From: Amoebidium appalachense
Taxonomy: Eukaryota > Protista > Ichthyosporea
Assembly (NCBI GenBank): GCA_963693365.1
Contig: CAVNZM010000014.1
Location: forward strand, 5,704,001 to 5,768,000
Reading direction: 5' to 3'
Length of the DNA stretch: 64,000 nucleotides
Position 1 is the stretch's first letter. Every line of letters begins with the position of its first letter. The position numbers and the translations under genes are program-made. The notes under the pieces are model-generated. The model was not told where the DNA came from and ran no database searches. It saw only the letters and a program-made list of their open reading frames with translations. Shown piece by piece: positions 1-40,555 of the stretch.

Positions 1-144
1 GGGGACAGTGGTGGTGGGATGTTCGGCTGTAAGAAGGGGGATGGGTGAGATTGAAAGAAAGGGGGTTTTTGGGATTGCTTGAAAGTGGAAAAAAGAATGG
101 GAGTGGAGGGCGAGGGGCGAGGGGGTTGGCGATGATTTTTTTTT

Positions 145-194
<50 letters not shown>

Positions 195-886
195 GGGGGG
201 GAGGGGGCGGGGAGGGGGGGGAGGGGGGCATTTTAGGAAGAAAGAGAGGGCTCGGAGGAGCCCGCGGGAGGGGGGGGGAGGGGGGAGGGGGGGGGGGGGG
301 AGGGAGGTGAGGCTTGAGACGTGTGTTAAGACTATAGGCCGCACAGTGGAATGAGTGTGAGCTCGTGAGGTGGAAAACCCACTGAATGGGAGAATAACGA
401 GAGACAAAATGTGTTCAATTTTTTATTTCATTTCATCATTCTTTCTTTCGTTGGTTTTTCTTTTCTTCCTTTTTTTTTTTTTTTTTGTTGTGTGTGTGTG
501 TGTGTGTGATTAGGGGGGGAGGGAGAGAGAGCAGGGGGGGGGGGTGGGGGGGGGGGGGGTCTGTTACCGGCAAAGGGGCGGGCAGCAGGCTCAGGTGCTG
601 TTGATATAGTGGGCTCGGTCGGGATGGCTGTGATTGGTGGAAAATCACGTGAGACAAACACTTTAAGAATATGTCAGATCGGTCTTCGGTTGGAGGTGGG
701 GTTTGGTGGGGGAAATGAGTGGAGGAGTGTGTGTGTGTGTGTGTTGGGGGGGGGGGGGGGGGGGGGGGGGGGGAGGGAGGGGGGGGGGGGGTTCTAATGA
801 TGTTATCCATTGGACAGTGATCACATTAGAATGTGTCAAATCTGTTCATAGATTTTCGAAACAAGGGACGGGGGGGGGGGGGGAAA

Positions 887-918
<32 letters not shown>

Positions 919-1268
919 GTCTAAGTGTGGCTGTTGCCTGTTGTTGATTTGCAGCATTTGTGAAAAACCTATGAGGATGCCCGTGTCAACATGCCAGGTT
1001 TTTAAGATGAAAAGGGGGGGAGGTGAAAGGGGGGGGGGGGGGGGGGGGGGGGGTCTCTTTCTTTCCTCTTCCATCCCCTATTCATGCGGAATGGTGGTGG
1101 TACTGGCAAGGTGGAGAAAGAGGGTTAGAGAGAGGGGATGCGGAAAGGGTGGAACGGGGGAAGGGGGGGGGGGGGGGGGGGGGGGGAGGGGGGGGCGGGG
1201 GAAGATACCAGGTGGGGCCCTAGTAGGCACGGAAGCGAGGGATGGTTGGGTGGGACCTTCACCGGCAT
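1..1268 (-). CDS. Pro/Thr/Ser-rich phase-1 exons of a gene running off the window start; either a continuation/isoform of the 2128-5508 gene or a separate gene
   Basis: Three AG..GT-bounded phase 1-1 exons: 1268-1209 (60 nt, DAGEGPTQPSLASVPTRAPP), 627-568 (60 nt, AIPTEPTISTAPEPAARPFA) and 26-1 (AEHPTTTVP, truncated). They chain in frame and are phase-compatible with the phase-1 donor at 2494. Confidence 0.5.
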
Positions 1269-1395
1269 CTGATTGGTGGATAAAGTTATTAGAAGGAGGG
1301 ATGTAAACTAATGTGTTATTGGAGGCATCCAAAAACAAAAATCAACCCCCCCCCCCCCCCAAAAAAAAAAAAAAAAAAAAAATTTGGGCGCAACA

Positions 1396-1495
<100 letters not shown>

Positions 1496-1745
1496 TCCTT
1501 TCCCCTTTCCTCCAGTAGAAAACAGTTAAAAAACTGAAGCAATTTTAAGAAAGGCCGTCCCCGGGCCTTTCCTCATGAAGGTAGTCGACTAAAGGGAACC
1601 ATCAAGTGGTACCGAGGGCATTAGAGTTTGACAAGACGCAAAGAGGCCTCATCAAGAGCACGAAAAGAGCACAAAAGAGTTCAAGAGCACATTGCCGAAA
1701 TAAAAACAAAACCAAAAAAGGAAGTAGTGCAAAAAATAAAGGGGG

Positions 1746-1808
<63 letters not shown>

Positions 1809-2127
1809 GGATAATTAAAGAGCACGAAATACAAGAAAATCGTGAGAGAACCAAAGAAAAGAAAAAGTAGAATAATGTGAAAGAGCACAAAGGAATACAC
1901 GATATTTGTGATAGATTAAAACACACCAAAAAGATGCTGGGGAGCACAAAGGAATACAAAGAGAGTTGAGAGAACCATACATCTTTTGAAACAATAAAGA
2001 AAAGAAAAAAAAGAGCAAAAAGGAACACAACTACAGCTAAGAGACATCATTTACAAAAGAACAAAAAAGTACAACAAAAAGAAAGCATATATTTGTGCTC
2101 CAGAGCTGTGAGCAAAATACTCGAGTT

Positions 2128-2212
2128 TCAGCGGTATTGTTTGTAAAAACGAGGGGGCAGAATGGGACCACAGCTGGGTGCACGTGTGGCTAGGTGCTTT
2201 TTCCCTTCTTCT

Positions 2213-2244
<32 letters not shown>

Positions 2245-2248
2245 CTTT

Positions 2249-2279
<31 letters not shown>

Positions 2280-2431
2280 GGGAAGAGAATGAATGATGGC
2301 AGCAGGAAAATGATGCACCGTGTGTTTGTGTGTGTGTAAAGCGGGGGGCGAAGTTTTCTTTTCTTCTCCACCTTTCTTGTGTGGTGGTGGCATGGTGGTG
2401 GCATGGTGGGAAGGGGAAGAGGGAGAGAGAG

Positions 2432-2470
<39 letters not shown>

Positions 2471-3020
2471 CAATGAAGGGAATGTTGGACATACCAGCAC
2501 GTGACTCATCCCGAATCTTTTTGCCCTCCTCGACCAATCCGGCTGCAGTAAATCTCGACATGAAGCTCTTGATCAGGCCCTCGGCAAGGTGGATCTGCGT
2601 CACTGCTGCCTCCAACGCTGCCTGTTGATTGGCTGGTTCGGCGAGCCTGGTGTCACAGCGACCAATGGCGTCCTCGGCGGCGTGGAGGCAGGCAAAAAGA
2701 GAGCGGATGGTAGTCTCGTCTGCGGGGTTTTTATGTGAATTTCATATCATTGAATTTAATGTTTGCATTCTTTACTTTAAGAACAGTGATAAAAATAAAG
2801 GCAATTGTGAAGACACAAGGTGGGTGGTGGTGTGCTATTCTTTTTTCTTATTTCTCTTCCCTTCTCTTCTAGTCACTCTGATTTCTTTTGTTTCTCTTCC
2901 CTTCTCTTCTATTCACTCTGATTTCTTTTATTTCTCTTCCCTTCTCTTCTATTCACTCTGATTTCTTTTTTCTTTCTTTTTGTCAGGCTTCTTCCTTTCA
3001 TTCTTTTTTTTTTTTTTTTT

Positions 3021-3051
<31 letters not shown>

Positions 3052-3563
3052 GTAAGGGGGGGGTAAGGGGGGGGGGGGGAGGGGGGGTTTGGTTAAAGAT
3101 TATGAAGATTGCATGTGACAGGAACTTCGGCGATAGATTTCAAGGATTTTATTTGAGAGAGGAGCCAAGGCGTTGATAATAATAGTACCTCCCCTTCATG
3201 TGGTTGTTTGCGGTAGAGTATGAGTGACAAATAGCCGATCGGTGGGTTTGACAATTGTGTGGTGGAGAGGAAACGGGGGGAGTTGGCAGGAAGGGAGGGA
3301 GCGAGGGAGTGGAGGGGGGGGGGAGGGGAGGGAGGGAGAGATTAGGGGGGGGGGGGGAGGGGGGCGGGGAGGGGGGGGGGGGGGGGGGGGGAGGGGGGGG
3401 GGGGGGGGGGGGGGGGTTACCGGCATTGAGACGCGCCAGGGTCTCAGTATCGGCCTTCATCTCCCTCACCACACGGCTCACATCTGTGTTTGTGAAGATT
3501 TAATTTTATTTTTTTTTGGGGGGGGGGGGTGGTGGTGGTGGTGGTTGGTTGGTTGGTTGGTTT

Positions 3564-3613
<50 letters not shown>

Positions 3614-5508
3614 CAATGATCAATTCCCTGATATAGTATCATCAAAAAGGACCACACCCACCGCGTTTTGGGGGGGGGGCAGCAATGATCAATTCCCTGA
3701 TATAGTATCATCAAAAAGGACCACACCCACCGCGTTTTTTCCGCGGTAAGTGGGTGGGTGGTGGGTGATTAGTATGCATTTTTTGATTCCCTTTTTGATT
3801 CCCTTCTGCCCTTCTTTTTTGGACCGGTGCTGTTCTAGTTGTAGTTTGTAATATATTAATCTGATCGCATTGTCTTTCAAGCTTTCTTTCTTTCTCGCCC
3901 CCCACCCCCCTCCCCCCACCTCCACCGCACCCCCTTCTTTTTTCCGTTGGTGTTGGTGGTGGGGGGAGGGGGCGGGCAGGTGCGGAGAAGAAGGGGATAT
4001 ATGATGAAGAAGAAGAAGCAGTAGAAGAGGGAGAAGGAATAAGAAAACATACGAAGTATTAGTCGAAGGACAAAAAGAAGAGGGGAGAAAAAAAAAAAGG
4101 AAAAAAACAATCTAACTCGTAATCTACCTTCAGGGCGCAAGGTTTCCTTCTCTTCAGCCCCAGTGATATATCTGTCCTCGGCCACACGTCGGTCTTCGGC
4201 CATTTGCTCCTTGGCTGTCAGAGGTACGGTGGGGTGCAGTTCCTGAGATTGAATTTTCAGCAGGTCAGATTTATGTATTTGCATATGTACAGGGGCGCAT
4301 CCGTGCCTCCTGCCCGGGGGAGATTCCCTTGGGGAGGGGGGGGGGGGGGGACGAGAGGGGATGCAAGGGTACGGCCCGCGTCTATTTTCGTTTGTTGTTG
4401 TGTGTAAAGAATGGGTAGATAGGAGGGGGGGGAAAGGGGGTGGGAGGGACTCGGGTGCATGTACATGATTGTCAGTGTCGAGAACCCTTTCAAGCAACAA
4501 GTGCAATGGCTGTAAGACAAATGAGGACCGAGATACTTTGGGGGTCTAATTTGAAGTCACGTTCGTTTTCTTCGTTTTCTTTCTTTCTTTCTTGCCCTGC
4601 TTTCCTTTCTTTCTTTTCTTTTCTTTCTTTTCTTTTCTTCCTTTCTTTCTTTCTTTCATTCGTTCATTCTTTTTTTTCTTTTTTCTTTTTGCCTGTGTGG
4701 GGGCGGGGTGGGGTGGGTACATAGGGGAGGAGATCAAAGAGTGGTGAGCTGTGATATCCCCGTATGCATGACAGCATGTTCGCTCACCCATGTGTGTAAG
4801 TTGCCATAAAGAAAAGGGGGGGGGGGGGGGGGGGGGTCGATGCACCTCAGTCATGATGACACCAGTACTGACCCTCTCAGGCATCTCCTCCACCCTCTCT
4901 CCCTCCACTTCACGAATCTCCCCAGACGGCTCTGCCATTTTCGTTTCGGGTGGGGGCTCAATGGCTGGCCGACCAATCAATTGCCACGGTGCGTACCTTT
5001 CCACCAATGGGAGAGTGAGGTTCTGAACCAAATTCGGTGTCCAGTTCTTGAAGGTGGTGGCGGTGACTTCAGCTGTTTCTTTAACCACTTCACGCACTTT
5101 TTGGGGGGTCACACCGCTTGCCACCCACAGGACGAGGGAGTCGGAGGGGGGGTTCTTCACCGATTTTCCGTATTTGGAAACGATTGCGATCTGTGCGGCC
5201 TGAAGCTCTTCCTTCGGTGAAAGTTCGACCGGACCGACCTCAGCGGGAATTTCGCTGGTGGGGGTTTTGTCGAGGTAGGGGGAGACGAGATCTTGGGCAA
5301 ACTGGGGGGAAATGCGTGACGCAGCGTCCCGGGCGATGGGGGGTGCCAAGTCGGAAATTGTGCGAACGGCAGTGCCCACGACTGCGTTTGTTGCAGACTG
5401 GACGATGGATGGGGTGAAATTCTTGACGGTGGAGATGATCCAGGGGGAATTTCCGTTGGTTGTGGGGGTCGAATCTGTTTGAACCCCCCCGTATGAAGAC
5501 TCTGACAT
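2128..5508 (-). CDS. Hypothetical protein (about 375 aa): amphipathic repeat-containing N-terminus and helical C-terminal region
   Basis: In-frame GT-AG exon chain: 5508-4846 (MSESSYGG...VIMTE), 4242-4128 (ELHPTVP...TLRPE), 3483-3421 (DVSRVVREMKADTETLARLNA), 2719-2495 (DETTIRSLFACL...DESRA), 2189-2128 (ATRAPSCGPILPPRFYKQYR*). All phases match. The last exon is the least certain. An acceptor at 5515-5516 implies further upstream exon(s). No family recognised. Confidence 0.65.
2862..2970. repeat. 40-bp intronic tandem repeat, about 2.7 copies
   Basis: Unit TTTCTCTTCCCTTCTCTTCTA(G/T)TCACTCTGATTTCTTTT repeated with 40-nt period. Confidence 0.85.
3610..3738. repeat. Tandem duplication of about 69 bp (intronic)
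   Basis: GCAGCAATGATCAATTCCCTGATATAGTATCATCAAAAAGGACCACACCCACCGCGTTTT occurs twice, each copy preceded by a G-run. Confidence 0.9.
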
Positions 5509-5584
5509 CGTGCCCTGCATACATTGGCCTGTTAGAAAAGTGTTTTCAATCGGCTTGCCCCAAAATTTGGTTTTTTGCAGGCAT

Positions 5585-5623
<39 letters not shown>

Positions 5624-5685
5624 AAAAAAAAAAATCTCCCCTCTTCGACAGCTCTCCCACCTCCCCGCAAAACCCCCCTACTGTG

Positions 5686-5765
<80 letters not shown>

Positions 5766-6078
5766 ACACACCACCACCACCACCACCGGGCCCCCCCACC
5801 CTCTTCCCCAAAAAACCAAAGTTGTTGTGTCCGAAGCTGCTCCCCAACCCCCCCACCCTGTTATAATCATCATAACGTTGAAGGGGAAAAACTCCTTCCC
5901 CCTTCTCGATTTTTATGCCCCCCCCCCCCCCCCCCCCCTCCCTCTCTCCTCCCCCCCTCCCCACCCTCTAAGGCCCGGCCCAGCCCCACCCGCAAACTAG
6001 AAGAAACGAATCTCGAAACACACAATTGCTTATGTTTTCTCCATGGTCCTCACGTTCAGTAGTCCGAGCTCTTAGCAG

Positions 6079-6119
<41 letters not shown>

Positions 6120-7703
6120 ACACACACCCGCCCAGGAACCCCAATTTTTCTCAGTTAAGCTTGAGGTGTATACATCGTGAAAACTACAAGACAACGTGAA
6201 AGTTTCACACTTCATTGCAACCAAAATGGAAATGGGAAAATGGACGGAAATTACGTGTGGGAGAAAACTTGATGTAAGAGCTAAACAAAGCATGCATCAG
6301 AAAGACACCTAGCGCAAATACGATAGCATAAATAGCTCTCAAAGTAAGTGTCTCTGTGCACAGAAATGCACCACACATGCACCCTTCCACGCAGAAACTC
6401 AACACGGTGCATCCCTAGACAGTGTCACTTCCTGCATCATAATACCTTCAATACAAAAATGAAACAACAGTACACAAGGTACAGAGTTATGAATGCACCT
6501 TTCTAAGAGGGAAAGGAATCATGTTTTCACACGTTTTTGTCAAAATTCGTCATTTCTCCACGTTAAAGACCCACAACTTACCTTTCCCCTCACGGGATGC
6601 AGGAAAAGAGTCTCCCTTTGCCCCAACAGGAAACTCGTGTTGTCCCCAACCAACTTGTGAGGGGAAAAAAAGAAAGAAACGGAAAATAAACCAAGGAAAA
6701 AGCTCTTACAATGTTTCTTTTTCCCACTGAAAAGAGCGAAACTGACTGTAATGCTAACCGATGTGATGGGAAAATGGTAGAAAGAAGAGGTTGAGAGACC
6801 AAAGAATAACAACTAGAGAAAAACAAAAGCGGGGTAAAGGTTTGCACGCAAATTTTTTTCTTTTGACTGGATTTATTCGACGGAAAGATATGCAAGTTGA
6901 CAAAGGCAAACTAATGGAAAGCTGCCGGATCCCTCTCTTTTCTCTCCGAAAACGTAGCCACCGTACGGAAGCAACTGATGTGTCCTTTCCTCTCAACATC
7001 AACACCATCAGCACAAGCACAACACCCAATCAGTCTGGCGTGTTGCTTCATATTCACGTGTCAAGTGCGTGTACGTGTCACGTTTTTCGTGTTTCCCGCC
7101 CAGCTTTTCGATGAAATGTCAGAAACACGACGCACACAAACAAAACGCGAGAAAACAAAGCACCTGTAAGGCAAACCATAGAAACGATACAACCTGGAGG
7201 CACGCACAACACGCTTGCCATCAGGGAAATTGACGTGTCACAGACGTTTGTTTTTGGCAGGACTTAGTGAATTCGAGCGTGAAAAAAAGCATTTCTCCAG
7301 GATCAGTATGGATGATGGTCTGGCAGGCAGGCACGTTACGGTGCACGTGTGCCAGCTTCATGCAGGTGTGACCTGTCACATCTGTTATAGTTCATTTGGC
7401 GCTGTCAGCACAAAAACGATGGAAAACCAAGTGTATGCACAACACGTGCATGGGGAGGCGGGTGCCAACGGTTGGCTGCCATAGGCACATACGCGTAATA
7501 CTGTGTGCATAGCTACACCACCTCCCACAACTCTATATTAAGTATGATAAATAACTTGAACCGTTGAACAAAATTTAAGCAATGAATATATGAGGATAGC
7601 ATCCGAGTAGTGAAAAGCTTTTTCTGGGTTGACAGCGACTGAAAACCTTGTGAAGGTGCTGCCCCCCCCCCCCCCCCCCCTCCCCCCCCCATGCCCCCTT
7701 CTT

Positions 7704-7735
<32 letters not shown>

Positions 7736-8124
7736 CCCCTCCTCCCCCCCCCCCCCCCCTCCCCTCCGCCCCCGCGGGGGCTCTCCTTCGGCCTGTGGCC
7801 CGAACAGTTTTTGAGGTGAACAGGTGACCTGACAGGAAACTCAATCATGGGCGTTCAAGTTGCAGTTGCGCATGTTCATGTTGGGCTTCATTCGTAAGGA
7901 AACAGGTGGTTTACTGTACATAGCTATGTATGGCGGCAGAATGCCCAATCAGCCTTGCAAGTGAAACCACATAATAGCAAGAAAGACAAGACCTCTAAAC
8001 AGCATTAACAATAATATTAGTTTGCACTACATAGTATTAGTAAGGGTTAACAACTTGTAGCCACTGCGCGGAACTGCGATTCCGTATCGTTGTTGTTGTC
8101 TACCATATTTAGTAACTACAGCTA

Positions 8125-8190
8125 GCAATCGATTGGCGCAAATTCCTACACAACTCCCCGCCCATCGACTCAGCTCACGTGCGCGCAGAG
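8125..8190. promoter_or_regulatory. Possible (bidirectional) promoter between the divergent hypothetical gene and the RTK
   Basis: Repeat-free, CpG-containing patch with ATTGG (reverse CCAAT), CCCCGCCC (GC box) and CACGTG (E-box) clustered between two divergent genes. Motif-level evidence only. Confidence 0.3.
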
Positions 8191-9352
8191 GTCCGGATCA
8201 GGAGAACACACGTACATATATGTAGAAGTTTTCTTTTGAAAGGAGAAACAACGCCACATTGCATTTTTTTTCTACGTTCTACAGTACACCTGTACACATC
8301 TGCATGGTGTCACACAATGACTGTTGCTCGTGGCGAGGTGTTAGTGTAGGAGTTGTTTTGGGGGAGGCTGGGTGGCATAATGTGAAGACGTCACTGTTCA
8401 CCCTTGATGACACTTGGGGTCAATGTTTTGAATTCAGTGTCCATTGATTTGGCATGTAAAAATGTGTGTGTGGCTCCTATTAAAATTGCGAAGAAAATAT
8501 AAACTAAACAGAAACTCTATTTTTTAGAGACGAAAATGAGTTTTAGTCATCATAATGGTCAATACAGAAGTGTAACAGAACCTTTAAGCGTTACAGCAAC
8601 TATTATTATAATTTGTTTTTGAACTTTCCATTGCAGAGATCTGGCAGTTTGGGGAGCCAAATTTATCACCAGGAATTCGAATCTTATCACCATTCACCAA
8701 TTCACCAATCACCACGCGCACGTCAACAAACGCGTCCTGTCCGGCAGAATTGAACACATGTACAAAGTGGCACTGAAGAAACAAGAAAGTTTATAAGAAA
8801 AAAATAGCTACACTCAACACTCTGTCTGTAACTTGTACGACTGGCCAATATCAGCTCCCCAGGCAGGACTGCAAGGCTTCTACCACCACATCGACTACAT
8901 AACGTTCCGACAATATTGCACCAAACAGCCATCTACTTACAATCTTCCCCTACACTGCGATTTTCAGAGCCTCGGCTACTACATACGCTTGTAGAACCAG
9001 AAATAGAGAAAAGTTTTTCTGTTCCTTCCACACTGTTTCAAACCGAGTACTAGGAGTATATGCCATTGCTTCCGCGTAGGTAGGGAGCCTGTGACTGTGT
9101 CAGATACAAAAAAATCACATAGTAGGCAATAAAGTCGCACTTCTGTAGAGATGATCAAAAGCTGAGCATATCGTTTCACTGAGTTCTATGTGCACTTTTA
9201 TACCGAAATTTAACGAAATCAGCTTGCCAGCCTAAAGAAAGCCATACCCTACTCATATTTCTGTGTTTGCAGTAACATAACTTTTCAGGTAGCTAAGTTA
9301 TACTCTGCAGTGGCCAAACAGGATTTGTGTATCTAATCACTCCTCTGTAAGG

Positions 9353-29379
<20,027 letters not shown>

Positions 29380-29478
29380 CCAACCAATCCGGAGCAAGAA
29401 GAGGTTGCCTAATATGGTTGTTTTTGGCGGCACTTAACTAGGTTCCTAGGTTCATGCTTCGTTTCATATTTGTTTTTA

Positions 29479-29550
<72 letters not shown>

Positions 29551-30239
29551 CCCTGCTCCTTGAGCGTATCGATGACTTTTAGAAGGACATTTCACAAATA
29601 TAACATGCAGGTGGTGATTTGAGAATCTATGTTCATGGTGTTGTTAGGCTGCATATATGTAGTTTATTTGGGGAAATGTGTCCAAAAAAATCACGTCTAT
29701 GTATTTATTATATGCTCACAATGGTCCATCGAAACATCCAACATGCTCATTTCAACGGTTGGGTTATAAGGAATTGGTAGTTGATATAATTGAGTCATGG
29801 CCTTTCGGAAGTAGGTCCTTGTCACAGTGTGTAATATGGGAGTTTTGACGCGCCAAAAAAAAATAAAAAAAAATAAAAATAAAAGGTATTACAAGACAAT
29901 CAAAACAGTAGGAATATGTCACGGTACCTCACCAATAATACGTATCATTGTATGCATGACTTTAGATATGCCACAAAGTACGCAGCTGGAAAAAACATAT
30001 GAAATCCAGTGTCATCTTAGGTTGTTCCGCCGTCTACCCATCACGTTCTTACGTTTGAAAAATATTGAAGGGCTAGTACATGGTACCTACCCACGCAAGG
30101 CAGCAATTTTGGGACAAACTCCTATATATAACGGTCAATATCAAACCCCCTCCCCCCTCCCTCCTCCCCCCGACACCCACCCACCTTGCCCCCCTCCCCC
30201 CTCCCCCCCCCTCCCCCCCCTCCCCCCCCCCCCCCCCCC

Positions 30240-30294
<55 letters not shown>

Positions 30295-30305
30295 AAGAAG
30301 AAGAA

Positions 30306-30337
<32 letters not shown>

Positions 30338-31315
30338 AGAAGAAAGAAAAGAAAAAAACAAGGCATTAAATGACCTGAGAAGCACATAACCCCTGGGTTG
30401 GTTTAGAATCTACAAGTCGTTGTAGCTGTACATGTGCTTGTGGCGGCTGTGTGTGTAGTACTGGTGCACATGCGGTGTTGGGGCATGTGTGCATGCGTCT
30501 TTGTGTGGGTGGTGGGTGAGAGTAACCGTGTGTACGCTGGTTTAGTGGGGAGGGAAGGGGGGAGGGGGGAGAGGGGGGGGAGGGGGGGCTGGGGGAGGGG
30601 GGGGGGGGGGGGGGAGGGGGAATGCTGATACGGTACGCACAAAAGCAGCTACGGTAGCTCTTATTTTTCAAGGGGACGATCCGGAGAGCGACTGATCACG
30701 TGACTCACCTGCCCTTGAAAAATAGCGGCGTCGATTTATTCGTACATAGGCTAGAGGGCACAGTCAGGACGTGCCAGCACTAAAGATGTTGCAAGACACC
30801 TATGAAATACTCGAGCACAAACACACACAAAGACAAATACACACACATAAACACATGCACACATTCACATACTCCCCCCCCCCCCCCCCCCCCCCCCCCC
30901 TAACACACACACACACTCCCATGCACACTCACACTCACACGCACACACACGCACACACACACACACGCACACACACACTCAGAAACACACACACAAATAC
31001 ACACACACATAAATGTTTGTGTCACTTTTGTGCAGAACCTTTCTCTCGCAAACATCTAGATAAATGTATTTATTTATCTCAGATTCTTCCGTTAGAAATT
31101 CGAAGACTAGCTTATTTAGATAATCCTGATATTACTTCTATTGACTATCTGTTAAACCACCGTATTTTCTAGGGTGTATGATTATTTGAGTCATTATCTC
31201 CTCCGTATCCGTGAGTAGGGGCTTTTGTATCTTCTTCTTTGAGATATCTGTGATATCTCCGGATTGCTTCTCTTTTCATGAGCAAATCAATAAAGTCATT
31301 ATATAAAAAAAACAA

Positions 31316-31392
<77 letters not shown>

Positions 31393-32003
31393 TACATACA
31401 TAGTTGGTGGTATGTGTTTGTGTTTGTTTCCTTCCCAAACCGAAACGTCATGTCATAATGCTTCAAGGTATATCTCGACCTGAATTTGTCGGTTATCCAA
31501 CAGATTATCCATCACACAAATTGATGGACTTGATCGATGGACGGGCGAAATAAATTGAATAGTCTCCTTCTATCACTTTGTCATCAGTCTTCAGTTATAG
31601 GATCTAGAACCGAAACATAGGGGCGTGCGTTGTGCTGCTGCAGCTGTTGTTCAGAGCTACTAGTACTCACACGAGCGTAGCAGGAATGGACACTTGGCAT
31701 CAGCCTGCATGTCAACATTGACACGTACACCAGCACCTACACGAACGTACCCACTGGCCAAGCAAGACTTTCACACGAAACATAGGATCTTTCGTACAAT
31801 CACTAACCAAGATTTTCACGCGAAACATACGACCTTTCGTGCAATTTTTGTTCTCTACATCAAGCTGGCGATGTACATTGGCCTGGAGCGTACACATGCT
31901 CCTACACCTACCAAACAAACCATCACTCTCTCTCGCTCGGAGCTTTTAAGTGTCAGTGTCTTGTGTTGCCACTAGGATTTGAAAGCTGTTTTTTTTTTAA
32001 AAG

Positions 32004-37784
<5,781 letters not shown>

Positions 37785-37788
37785 CACA

Positions 37789-37820
<32 letters not shown>

Positions 37821-38134
37821 CCCTGCCCGCCCGTTTTGTCCACCTACATTCCAAGTTTTGAAAGAGGTGTGTTGGGGCGTAGGTTGAATGATCTATGTAG
37901 CCCCCCCCCCCCCCCCCCCCCCCCCCCTCCCCGGGGAATGCACACACACCCTCACCTCTACCCCGGCCCTCCCTATCTCTTCTTCATTTTTTAGGTAGAA
38001 CAGTTTATGACCACGGACGGGTGTGTAGTTTGGCTAACGAATGATATTATGCAGTTTTGTTTACCACATAACGTTGACGCGCACATTATCCTGCACATGT
38101 ACGAACCCCCCCCCCGCGCGCATACACACCGTGT

Positions 38135-38165
<31 letters not shown>

Positions 38166-38859
38166 CACACACACACGTGTACACACGTGTACACACACAC
38201 GTGTACATGCACATGTACACTCACAGGCGCACGCACGCGCACACACACATACACACACATACACAGTGTCACACACATGCACGCACGCACGCGCGCACAC
38301 ACAGGCACACGTGTAGATGTGATACTGAATTGCAAACACAGACTCGTTGCTAGTACGTTTGACCACAATTCCGTATTCATTTCTGCCGCTTGTGTGGGAT
38401 TTTAACTCTCAGTCTGTACTGTCACTTAAATTAACAAGTTGATATTTTCTTATCGAAACACAAACCATCAAAAAGTAGTCGTGAACGGTTATTTTGGTTT
38501 GTACACATCCACGAATGAAACTTCCACGGTAACCATGCATGTATATGGTCAAATGACATTTGGAGGATTATGCCCGGCAATAAATAAATAAATAAATGGA
38601 ACTGTTTCTTTAGGCCGAATTTCCCAATTACTACAACCCGTGTGTTACCCACTCAAACTTTGAAAATCAGTCAGCCTATAAATCCTCTCCCCTCCCCTCT
38701 CCCCCCCCCCCTCCACCTCCCCACCTCCCCCCTCCCCCCCTGGAGGCTCGCCACATCCACTCCCCAACCACCCACGCACACACCCACTCACACATATTCA
38801 TGTGGACGTGTGTGCGCGTGCCTCAGCTACAAATCGTCCGGGAAGGCAAAAAACATTAT

Positions 38860-38894
<35 letters not shown>

Positions 38895-38972
38895 CCCCAC
38901 CACCACCTCCACCACCACCACCACCACCCACCCACCCACCCACCCACCCACCACACGCGCGCGCACACACAG

Positions 38973-39041
<69 letters not shown>

Positions 39042-39283
39042 GCCCACACGCACACGCTCACTAGTCCCCACACACACACAGCCCACACATGTACACACAC
39101 CCGCGCACACCAGTGAGTGTGTATGTGGCTGTGTGGGTGTGGTGTGTGTGTGCGTGCTTGTGGTGTGTGTCATCATAAACTGTAAACTTCGTCCGGGACT
39201 ACTGGGGTACCCACCCACCCCCCGCCCACACACCCGAATATACAAACGTGTACACAACGAGACACTGTGTGTGTGTGCGTGAC

Positions 39284-39318
<35 letters not shown>

Positions 39319-39819
39319 CTGTGTGTGTGTTCAGTGTGTGTGGGTTTCTGTGCATGGGCACGCGTGCGCTTGTGCGTGTGTGTGTTATGAACTTGAGCAC
39401 CCACCCCCACCCACGTGCACCACACGGTGACCCCATCATGAAGTACCCCGTCCACACCACGGCACGCATGCACATGCATGCCACGTGTGTCTTCGTGTGT
39501 GTGTGTGCTGCACGTGACTCACCATCGCCTGTGTGCGCGCCTGTGGGCACGTGTCGCACATGTGTGCAAGAAACGCGAGAATACCCCCCCCCCCCCCCCC
39601 CCCCCCCCCCAACACACACACACACACGCACATGTACACACACGCACACACGCACACATACATACATACACACACACACACACACTCGGGGCCCCCCACC
39701 GTCCTTCAATCCCATCCCCGTGTCTGCACGTGTCCCCGCCTCCCCCCTCCCCCTTCCCTCCGGGACCCCCCCCCCCCCTCTCCCCTCCACATGTTCACAC
39801 ACACACACACACATACACA

Positions 39820-39871
<52 letters not shown>

Positions 39872-40555
39872 TGTACACACACACTTCCCCCCCACACCGA
39901 GGCCCCCTCAATCACATCTGCACGTGTCCCTTCCCGTGGCACCTCCCTGTCGAATTTGTCTCCTCCTCCCCTCGAGCTCCGCCCAATTCCAACTGCACGT
40001 TTAAATTTGTCAACCCCCCCCCCCCCCCCCCCCCCCCCCCAGGGCCTCCCCTCCCTCCCCCCAACACCACCATTACCACCACCACCACCACACATGTGCA
40101 CACACACAAAAGCTCCCCACCTTTTAATTTGTTGAGTGTCCAGTCTACCAGTCAGACACATCCGGAACATTACACACACACGTACACAAGGCATATGTAT
40201 GCACACGCGCGCCTACGCGCCCACAAAACGTGTGTGCATGTGTGGGGGATTCGGGATAGGGTGTGAGAGGGAGAAACGGAGGGAGGGACGGAGGGGGGGG
40301 GGGGGGGGGGGGGGAGGGGAGAGAAAGGGAGGGAACTTCGTGAATACCGGTTAGAGAGAGAAAGGGAGGGAAGGTGAACACCGGTTAGAGAAAACCAGAT
40401 GCAAAACGAAACATGTTTGAGGGCCCGGGGAGGGATGCATGTTTGGAGGGAGAGAGATGCATGTGTGACACGTGTTGTGGGTGAGTGTGGGTGGAGGTGG
40501 GGATTTGGGGGGAGACCCCTGGGGGGGGGGGGGTGTTGAACATCGATTAGACACT

